A DNA stretch of 64,000 bases from an uncultured Candidatus Saccharibacteria bacterium. Its GTDB lineage: Bacteria > Patescibacteriota > Minisyncoccia > Phycocordibacterales > JAACPR01. A program made the translations under genes and the position numbers. Positions within the stretch are counted from its first letter, which is position 1. Each line of letters starts with the position of its first letter. The stretch is from assembly GCA_964402215.1 (NCBI GenBank), contig CAYOAT010000001.1, positions 70,703-134,702 on the forward strand, given 5' to 3'. The notes under the pieces are model-generated. The model saw only the letters and a program-made list of their open reading frames with translations, was not told the origin of the DNA and ran no database searches. Positions 57,072 to 64,000 of this stretch are shown one piece after another.

Positions 57072-57980
57072 ATGCCCGAACTACCAGAAGTCACAACAAC
57101 GGCGCGAATACTTAACCAACTTATTGTCGGTCAGAAGATTTTATCTGTTTGGACAAATTACGGTAGTTCGTATTTTAATGGAAAAAATAATATAAAAGAT
57201 AAAAAATATTTTGAATTTTTTAAAAAAGAAGTAATTGGAAGAAAAATCACCAATGTTTCAAGAATCGGTAAAAACGTTTTAATAAATATAGAAGGTCCAA
57301 AGACTATTTTGGTTCACATGAAAATGACCGGTCATTTACTGTATGGAAATTATGAAAAAAGAAAAAACGAATGGGTCGCAATGACACCAGGTCCCCTTCA
57401 GGACAAGTTCAATGCCTATATCAGACTAATATTTGAACTTTCTAATGGAAAATGTTTGGCACTTTCGGATGTTCGACGTTTTGCCAAAGTAACTTTGATT
57501 GAAGATGGCGATGCAGAAAATTTTTCTGACACAAAGGATCTGGGTCCTGATCCAACTCACAAAAGTTTTGTGCTAAAAGAATTTAAGAAAGCACTTTCGA
57601 AAAAACCAAACGGTCCAGTCAAAACTGTTCTCTTGGATCAAAATATTATTGCGGGTATTGGAAATATATATTCTGATGAAGCTTTGTGGTTATCAGGAAT
57701 TCATCCTGAAACAAAAGTAAAAAAAATAAATGATACTGACCTAAAGAATCTTTTAAAAAATATAAAGAAAGTATTAAAACTCGGACTAAATATGGGGGGC
57801 GATTCAACATCGGACTACAGACGACCTGACGGAAGCCCTGGGAAATTCCAACACACTCATAATGTTTATCAGAGAAAAGGTGAAAATTGTCGTAGAAAGG
57901 GCTGCTCCGGAACAATCATCAGAAAAGTCATCGGCGGCCGAGGCACCCATTTTTGTGATACACACCAAAAGCTAAAATAA
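57072..57980 (+). CDS. mutM: Formamidopyrimidine-DNA glycosylase
   Basis: N-terminal PELPEV, H.KMTG, D.RRF, LLDQ..IAGIGNIY.DE, C-terminal zinc-finger-like C....C...R.THFC. Confidence 0.95.
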   Translation: MPELPEVTTTARILNQLIVGQKILSVWTNYGSSYFNGKNNIKDKKYFEFFKKEVIGRKITNVSRIGKNVLINIEGPKTILVHMKMTGHLLYGNYEKRKNEWVAMTPGPLQDKFNAYIRLIFELSNGKCLALSDVRRFAKVTLIEDGDAENFSDTKDLGPDPTHKSFVLKEFKKALSKKPNGPVKTVLLDQNIIAGIGNIYSDEALWLSGIHPETKVKKINDTDLKNLLKNIKKVLKLGLNMGGDSTSDYRRPDGSPGKFQHTHNVYQRKGENCRRKGCSGTIIRKVIGGRGTHFCDTHQKLK

Positions 57981-58031
57981 GCTTGTTTCAGACCGTACAC
58001 TTGGTTTATGGATAAGTATATATAGAAATGC

Positions 58032-58059
58032 TTGACAAAATTTACCTATATGCTATAGT
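58032..58059 (+). promoter_or_regulatory. Strong sigma70-type promoter with no long ORF downstream
   Basis: TTGACA-16 nt-TATAGT with an extended TGn. Confidence 0.65.
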
Positions 58060-58065
58060 ATATTG

Positions 58066-58225
58066 GTAAATGTTCTTTCGGTACAACCGAAAACTAAGCG
58101 CCAAAAAGGAGTTTGCCAAATGAGGTGAGCGTCGAAAACGGGTTAGGCCTTATCACTTGAAGCCTAATTGCGTTGGTTACGCACAATGAGTGTTAATCCC
58201 CCGAGCGAAAGCAAGGGGGATTCAT
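58066..58225 (+). ncRNA. Candidate small structured RNA or micro-ORF transcript
   Basis: Lies between the promoter and a terminal hairpin AATCCCCC-gagcgaaagcaa-GGGGGATT; several internal hairpins; family not recognised. Confidence 0.4.
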
Positions 58226-58229
58226 ATTT

Positions 58230-58709
58230 TTACTTATCAAATAATCTAAATAATAAAACGGCTGTAGCTACCGAAACATTTAAAGATTCTTTTTTACCAA
58301 GCATTGGAATTTCAGCCACAATATCACTTTGCGCCAAAATTTCTTCTGAAACACCCTCCACTTCATTACCAACGACAATCGCGACCTTTTCTGGAACCTC
58401 TATAGTTTTATAATCAATAGACTTCTCTGATTGTTCAAGAGAAATTATTTTGAAACCATCTTTTTTTAATTTTTCAATTAATTTTAGTGAATCGCCGGCG
58501 GCTTCCCATTCAATATTTTTTTCTGCTCCCAAAGCAGATTTCTTCATATCATTCCTTTCTCTACCAAAACGATCAAGGGGGGTTGGAGTATACCCGACGA
58601 GAAATATTTTCGAAACGCCAATAGCGTCGGACGTTCTGAAAATAGAACCAACGTTTAAAACACTTCGAACGTTATCTATCATTAGAACTATTTGTTTAGT
58701 CTTATTCAT
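58230..58709 (-). CDS. TrmH/SpoU family RNA methyltransferase
   Basis: DNVRS..NVGSIFRT.D, VGNEVEGV, IPMLG.KESLNVSVA. Confidence 0.93.
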   Translation of the reverse strand: MNKTKQIVLMIDNVRSVLNVGSIFRTSDAIGVSKIFLVGYTPTPLDRFGRERNDMKKSALGAEKNIEWEAAGDSLKLIEKLKKDGFKIISLEQSEKSIDYKTIEVPEKVAIVVGNEVEGVSEEILAQSDIVAEIPMLGKKESLNVSVATAVLLFRLFDK

Positions 58710-58727
58710 CTTTGATATACTACAACC

Positions 58728-59132
58728 ATGTTTAGCTTTTTTCCAAGTCTTTTAACATATAGTCTTTTATCAACAACAATTATTAGAGTAGTGATTGGTT
58801 TGGTTTTAGTCGCATTTGGAATCATGGCTTTATCCAATAAAAGAAACCTTATCAGACAAAAATTGATAACTCGTGGTTACCCTTTCCCTAGCTTTGTTCC
58901 AATTATTTTAGGCACATTGTCAGTCATTTGCGGCGGATTATTAACTGTCGGATTTTTAACTCAAATAATAGCAATTGTTGCGTCATATACATTTCTAAAT
59001 TTGTGGGTCATAGACAAGGGTGAAATAAAAATATTTGGTCAGTCGTGGTTGTTTTATGTAGCAATGATGATCTTTTCACTGGCTCTTGTTTTATCTGGCG
59101 CAGGGTTATTCGCTTTTGATTTACCACTTTAA
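58728..59132 (+). CDS. DoxX-like membrane protein
   Basis: R...G, G.LL..GF.T, GAG.FA.D pattern; four TM helices. Confidence 0.75.
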   Translation: MFSFFPSLLTYSLLSTTIIRVVIGLVLVAFGIMALSNKRNLIRQKLITRGYPFPSFVPIILGTLSVICGGLLTVGFLTQIIAIVASYTFLNLWVIDKGEIKIFGQSWLFYVAMMIFSLALVLSGAGLFAFDLPL

Positions 59133-59182
59133 TTAGACTTTTTATATTTTTTTGGTATAGTTTTTCTTACCATTTGTTTTTT

Positions 59183-59255
59183 CCGCTCATAGCTCAGTTG
59201 GTAGAGCACCTGCCTTTTAAGCAGAGGGTCGTAGGTTCGATTCCTACTGAGCGGA
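59183..59255 (+). tRNA. tRNA-Lys(TTT)
   Basis: CCGCTCA/TGAGCGG acceptor, anticodon arm CTGC-CT-TTT-AA-GCAG, GGTTCGATTCC. Confidence 0.94.
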
Positions 59256-59407
59256 CATTAAGAAAAATTCAGCGCGTTTGCGCTGTTTTTTTATAAATAT
59301 TTTTACAAATTATTTTAGAAATAAAAAAACTACAAGCCTGATTGCTTGTAGTTAATCCGACGATTCTCCATTTCTGGAAAGGTAGTCGGCTTACCTTGTT
59401 GGAACCT

Positions 59408-59845
59408 TTACCAGGTTCCGCGAGTGTCATCAGTCACCGCGGCGGGCGGGAACTGCTCTTCACTCTTGCGTAGACTTGAAGACAAGTGCTGCACGAACCA
59501 TGTAACGAAGCGGCACGCAATCATGTACCCAACAACCAGAGCAAGGAGAGATCTCCACGTCCAATCGTTGAAACCCCAGCCGATGACCCATGTTGTCACC
59601 ATATAACCAAAGATCAGCTTGGGAAAAGTCTGATACAGATTGGCCCACGCCGGAGACTGAACCTTGATTTCAGGGATCATTTCGACGCCCAACTTCATGA
59701 GCATCGCAGCCATGCTAACACCGAAGAACGTAGGGACAATTCCCCACACACCTACTGTGCCAAACACAACTATCGGCGCACTCCAGATAACAAATGCCAT
59801 GATTTTAATGACCAGGCATATATCTCGAATCTCATTTTTCTTCAT
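59408..59845 (-). CDS. Orphan multi-TM membrane protein
   Basis: AAGGAG SD, about four TM helices, markedly higher GC than the flanks. Confidence 0.72.
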   Translation of the reverse strand: MKKNEIRDICLVIKIMAFVIWSAPIVVFGTVGVWGIVPTFFGVSMAAMLMKLGVEMIPEIKVQSPAWANLYQTFPKLIFGYMVTTWVIGWGFNDWTWRSLLALVVGYMIACRFVTWFVQHLSSSLRKSEEQFPPAAVTDDTRGTW

Positions 59846-59910
59846 GATTTCTCCTTATCCTTTTTAGGGGATTGTTTTTTAAATCGTTTTTAATGATCAA
59901 ATATACTAAT

Positions 59911-59940
59911 ATTATAGCATGGATTATACCATATTGTCAA
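59911..59940 (-). promoter_or_regulatory. Consensus sigma70 promoter for the 59845 orphan
   Basis: TTGACA-18 nt-TATAAT with an extended TGn, on the minus strand. Confidence 0.75.
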
Positions 59941-60007
59941 GAATAACGTTTTGTATTAAAAAACGGGCACCTTTCTTAGTGTCCGTTTGCCAGTTCAAAC
60001 TGGTTCT

Positions 60008-60688
60008 TTACTTTTTACTCCACCTTTTAACATGAATATCAGCCAATTTGTAGAGTTCCTGTTTCTTGAACTCCATGCCGAATTTACCTGCCCTTGTAAG
60101 GGCCTCCTGAAGACTTTGTCGAGTATCAATAATCCAATTTATACGGCGCTTCAACTCATCCAGATCAATATTAGAATTTGATGCATTATTTTTGAGTTCC
60201 GTGAACCCTTCTTCTGCTTGCAAAACAAATGCTGCCAATATTGACAACCGATATCGTGTTGAATCGTAATCAAAGGCGTGACCGATATCAAGGCCCTTCA
60301 TCGATTCAAACAAGTCATCAAATATTCCATCAATTTGCGATGTGCGGATATTCCAAGATATATATATCCGTCTTGGAAAGACATACACGCACGTTATGAC
60401 AATCCCGACAATTATCCACAGCGCCGTTATGGTCTGCGTCGTTGCATGCAACACTGCCATGATTATTTGAATGGCAACAGAAGAAAGGATGATCGTCAAA
60501 AATAAATACAACATCAATCTGATGTTAAATTCAATCCTGCGATATTCATCAATTAACCCATTGATTGTCTCCCCTGATTTAAGATTAATTTTTTCGTAAC
60601 CGTTGATCAGGGCCGAATTAGTAATTCGGATGAAACTATTCACCGCCGATATAGACGTTTTCATTTTCAATGACCTACTGTCTTTCAA
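60008..60688 (-). CDS. Orphan protein with two TM helices
   Basis: 226 aa ORF; upstream TTGACA-16 nt-TATTCT; downstream hairpin AAACGGGCAC...GTGTCCGTTT. Confidence 0.68.
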   Translation of the reverse strand: MKDSRSLKMKTSISAVNSFIRITNSALINGYEKINLKSGETINGLIDEYRRIEFNIRLMLYLFLTIILSSVAIQIIMAVLHATTQTITALWIIVGIVITCVYVFPRRIYISWNIRTSQIDGIFDDLFESMKGLDIGHAFDYDSTRYRLSILAAFVLQAEEGFTELKNNASNSNIDLDELKRRINWIIDTRQSLQEALTRAGKFGMEFKKQELYKLADIHVKRWSKK

Positions 60689-60841
60689 TGCCTATTTTTT
60701 GAACCATAGTCTTTCTGACATTTATACTGACTTTCGATCAAAATAAATACGATTTCTCGTTATGCAATTCGAAATAGTTAGGCAACTATTCTTTGTAGGA
60801 GAATACAATAAAAAGACAATCTGTCAATGTTTAAAGAAAAA

Positions 60842-61558
60842 CTACAAGCCAAGGATTAATTTTTCTAATCTCGTTTCTAAATCTGGCCCACTCCTTCTCG
60901 ATTCATGATAAACCTCGATCATTTTGTTAGACAAATTTTCTAATTCATCTTTTGAAAAATTCCCTGAATATTTCTTTGCTTTTGAATAGACAAACGGTTT
61001 AAGTCCGGCCTCTTCAGCAAAATCAGTTTGGCTAGCCATCAACATTGTCTTAACTTGCCACCACAAAACTCCATGTATTTCCTCAACAGGAATTCCTTCT
61101 TTTACCGCTGATAAATACAGAATCCATAATTTTTTTGAATCTCTTTCACCAAGAGCATCAGTCAAAGAAAAAATATTAAAAGAATCATTTTTATTTTTCG
61201 CCGCGGCGTTTGAAAATTCTTGAACCTTTTCTGCAAATTTTTCTACTTTTTTTAAAATCTCTTTTGATACATCAGGATCTACCCAAACAAAAACATTATC
61301 TGATTTTTTAACTTCCTCTAATTTATCGACGAGGCATTCAATTCCCTCTTTTGATTCTGAAATACGAGACATTTGCACAATATATTTTTTTGAAAAGAGA
61401 GATTGACTTCCGACAAGCTCATCCAATTTTGATTCGCTGAAATTTTCTGCACTGATTTTAAATACTTCAGATTCTGGTCGCTTCAAAAGCATTGAATCAA
61501 CTAATTTCGCGGATTTTTCAAAACATTTATTTGGTTCGCCGTAAATAAAATAAAGCAT
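60842..61558 (-). CDS. holA: DNA polymerase III delta subunit-like (shortened HolA)
   Basis: LYFIYGE, SLFS.K.IV, IF.LTDAL, PFV..KA, D....LE..IL. Confidence 0.78.
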   Translation of the reverse strand: MLYFIYGEPNKCFEKSAKLVDSMLLKRPESEVFKISAENFSESKLDELVGSQSLFSKKYIVQMSRISESKEGIECLVDKLEEVKKSDNVFVWVDPDVSKEILKKVEKFAEKVQEFSNAAAKNKNDSFNIFSLTDALGERDSKKLWILYLSAVKEGIPVEEIHGVLWWQVKTMLMASQTDFAEEAGLKPFVYSKAKKYSGNFSKDELENLSNKMIEVYHESRRSGPDLETRLEKLILGL

Positions 61559-61560
61559 AA

Positions 61561-63972
61561 TTATATTCTTTTCATTTCACCCCAATTTTTACCAACAGAA
61601 CATTCAGAAATTATCGGGACCCCGCCGACTTCTTCTCTTGTAACAACAGATTCCATAATTTTTTTAATCTTATCTGCATATTTTGAAACCATTTCTTCTT
61701 TCATTTCATAAATCACTTCATCGTGAATTTGTAAGATTATTTTAACTTGATCTAGAACTTTTTCTTTCTCTAAAAATTCATTAATTGCGGTCATAGAAAG
61801 TTTAATAAGATCCGCCTGAGTACCTTGAATTGGGGCATTTATGGCCATTCTTTCGGCTTGTGCGCGTATATATGGCAAAGGCGACTTGAACCCATCAAAA
61901 TAGCGTCTACGACCAAATAATGTCGTTGTATAGCCGTTCTTCTGTGCATCTTTCTTTGTCTTATCCAAATACTCGCCAAGACCCGTGTAAATAGCAAAAT
62001 ATTGATTATAAAATTCCTGAGCCTCTTCACGAGTTGATCCAAGACCTTCTTTCAAGGCATTAACTCCCATTCCATACAAAATTCCAAAATTAATAATTTT
62101 GGCTCGGCGTCGCATTTCTTTTGTAACCTTGCCATTCGGAACATTAAAAATTCTTGAAGCCACATTCGTATGAATATCTTCACCATTTTTGAAAACCTCA
62201 ATTAATTTTTGATCACCAGACAAAAACGCTGCAATTCGTAATTCAATTTGTGAATAATCGAAAGCCACCAAAACATTTCCTTTTTCAGCAACAAAAGCTT
62301 CACGAATCTTTCGTCCACGATCTGTTCCGGTTGGAATATTTTGCAAATTCGGATTATTCGAGGACATTCTGCCTGTTGTCGTCCCAGTTTGAAGGAAGCT
62401 GGCGTGAAGTCGACCATCAGTTGCGACAAGAGCAGGAATATTATCAATATAAGTAGAAAGAAGTTTCTGAAATTCGCGATATTCCAAAATTTTATCAATA
62501 ATTTTGTGCTCCCCTTTTAATTTTTGCAGAACATCTTCGCGTGTCGATAATTTTCCAGTTGAAGTTTTTCTCATTCCTTTATATTTCAACTGCATTTTTT
62601 CGAATAAAACTTGTGACAATTGTTGTGAAGAATTTATATTAAATTCTATTCCGGACATTTCCCAAATTTCTTTTTCAAATCTTGATAATTCAATATGATA
62701 TTCAGTTGAAAGATTTTTCAAAAAATCTTTATCAATCTTTACGCCGTTTTTCTCCATTTGATCAATAATTGGAATAAGGGGTTTTTCAATATCATTAAAA
62801 ACTTTTTCTAATTTATTTTTCTCAATTTCTTTTAAAAGTTTTTCGTGCGCCTTTTCAATATTATTCTCTCCAGTGTAATTCAAAATATCTTCAATTTGTG
62901 GATTGTTTATAGAAGAATTTATGAGCCACAAGGCAATTTTTGCTTCTGACAAAAGCCGTTTAGAGCTTTCCGAATTATTATTTTTGATGACACCTTTTTC
63001 TGGTGTATTTTCGTCAGCAAAAAGTCCTTCCATAGTAGTCTGACCAGAAACTGGCTTTGGCAAAATTTCCTTAACTCTAATAGCCAAAGTCCTGAAATTT
63101 AGCTCTCTAAATAGGTTTTGAACCGATTCTGCAGAAACTGTTTCGCTCCAGGTTTTTTCCGGAATTTTGAATTCAATCGGAACGTCACGGCGGATTGTGG
63201 CAAGCATTTTACTGAATTCAGCTTCCTCTTGATTATCTTCCAGGAGTTTTATAATTCTGTCAGTAATTCCAATTTCTTTAAATTTTTCTTTTGATTTTTT
63301 AAGATTCTTATATAAATTTTCAATCGAACCAAACTCTGTAATTAATGTTGTCGCGGTTTTTTCACCGATTCCACTAATTCCAATGATATTATCTGATGGA
63401 TCGCCGCGAAGACCCTTGTAATCCGGCAAAGATTCAGGACCAAATCCAAATCTTTCACGAACAGCATCTTCATTATAAATAATCGTATCTTTTATTCCTT
63501 TTTTCAGAGTGTAAACGCGTACCTTATCAGCATCCACTAATTGCAAAGTATCCATATCGCCAGATGCAACAATTACATCAGCACTTTTCTTTAATTGATC
63601 CGCCAATGTTCCTAAAACATCATCGGCTTCATAACCTTCCTTTTCATAAATTGGAATATTAAACGCTCGAAAAAAATCATAGGCCCGTTTTATTTGAGAA
63701 ATTAATTCTTTGTCAGTTTCTTTTCTGCCTGCTTTATAGTCAGTGTAGGCTTCGTGACGATAAGTCGGTTTTGGTAAATCAAAAGCTGCAATAATATGAT
63801 CTGGCTTTAATTCTTTAACAATAGAAATTAACATTGAGGCCAAACCATAAAGTGCACCCGTCGGTTCGCCATTGCTTGAAGCAAAATCTGGTAAAGCGTG
63901 ATATGCGCGGTGTAAAATTGCGTGAGAATCCAGTAGAACTATTTTTTTCTTATTTTTTGAAGCCATTTGCAA
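61561..63972 (-). CDS. polA: DNA polymerase I (5'-3' exonuclease + polymerase; 3'-5' exonuclease region largely absent)
   Basis: HRAYHALP, EADDV.GTL, GDPSDNI.G..GIGEKTA, TGRMSS.NPNLQNIP, DYSQIELR, AK.INFGILYG, QIHDE. Confidence 0.97.
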   Translation of the reverse strand: MQMASKNKKKIVLLDSHAILHRAYHALPDFASSNGEPTGALYGLASMLISIVKELKPDHIIAAFDLPKPTYRHEAYTDYKAGRKETDKELISQIKRAYDFFRAFNIPIYEKEGYEADDVLGTLADQLKKSADVIVASGDMDTLQLVDADKVRVYTLKKGIKDTIIYNEDAVRERFGFGPESLPDYKGLRGDPSDNIIGISGIGEKTATTLITEFGSIENLYKNLKKSKEKFKEIGITDRIIKLLEDNQEEAEFSKMLATIRRDVPIEFKIPEKTWSETVSAESVQNLFRELNFRTLAIRVKEILPKPVSGQTTMEGLFADENTPEKGVIKNNNSESSKRLLSEAKIALWLINSSINNPQIEDILNYTGENNIEKAHEKLLKEIEKNKLEKVFNDIEKPLIPIIDQMEKNGVKIDKDFLKNLSTEYHIELSRFEKEIWEMSGIEFNINSSQQLSQVLFEKMQLKYKGMRKTSTGKLSTREDVLQKLKGEHKIIDKILEYREFQKLLSTYIDNIPALVATDGRLHASFLQTGTTTGRMSSNNPNLQNIPTGTDRGRKIREAFVAEKGNVLVAFDYSQIELRIAAFLSGDQKLIEVFKNGEDIHTNVASRIFNVPNGKVTKEMRRRAKIINFGILYGMGVNALKEGLGSTREEAQEFYNQYFAIYTGLGEYLDKTKKDAQKNGYTTTLFGRRRYFDGFKSPLPYIRAQAERMAINAPIQGTQADLIKLSMTAINEFLEKEKVLDQVKIILQIHDEVIYEMKEEMVSKYADKIKKIMESVVTREEVGGVPIISECSVGKNWGEMKRI

Positions 63973-64000
63973 TTCGCTTTAATAGCGCCATCATACCACC

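Noticed and set aside
59424-59893. Several overlapping plus-strand ORFs (60-135 aa)
   Set aside because: They are shadows of the GC-richer minus-strand gene, which has the promoter, SD and TM pattern.
1-64000. Alternative genetic code (UGA=Gly, code 25)
   Set aside because: Long conserved genes are uninterrupted under code 11 and TGA is used as a stop (e.g. crtE at 22662, cyclase at 21967).

Overview
AT-rich, gene-dense bacterial chromosome segment in standard genetic code 11. The gene set points to Patescibacteria/CPR (Parcubacteria-like); this is an inference from the gene inventory, rplK without rplA, tRNA-Arg(GCG) and a domain insertion in IleRS. Most of the window is housekeeping: ftsK, recA, efp, rpsR/ssb/rpsF, four aminoacyl-tRNA synthetases, recO, secE-nusG-rplK, rplS, rpsT, ruvA, a Mur ligase, mutM, holA, polA, pilM/N/O-like genes and seven tRNAs. 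Three parts stand out. (1) A folate/thymidylate locus (dut, tmk, glyA, Zn-deaminase, thyA-like, dcd-like, folA, folD) whose 'thymidylate synthase' has Asp in place of the dUMP-specifying Asn, as in dCMP-modifying enzymes, and whose 'dCTP deaminase' has Pro in place of the catalytic Glu. This suggests a cytosine-first route (dCMP -> 5-methyl-dCMP -> dTMP) or a modified-cytosine pathway. (2) A four-gene carotenoid cassette (crtI-crtB-crtE-lycopene cyclase) embedded in that same locus. (3) An ~11.5 kb island at the 3' end of tRNA-Ser(TGA) with a large serine recombinase, two ~115 bp repeated att-like arms, candidate defence genes (UvrD helicase plus HEPN-motif protein, membrane-anchored Mrr-like nuclease), phage-like terminase-small/ParB-methylase genes and a redox/DUF134 cassette. 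All functional calls come from reading motifs by eye; no database searches were run.
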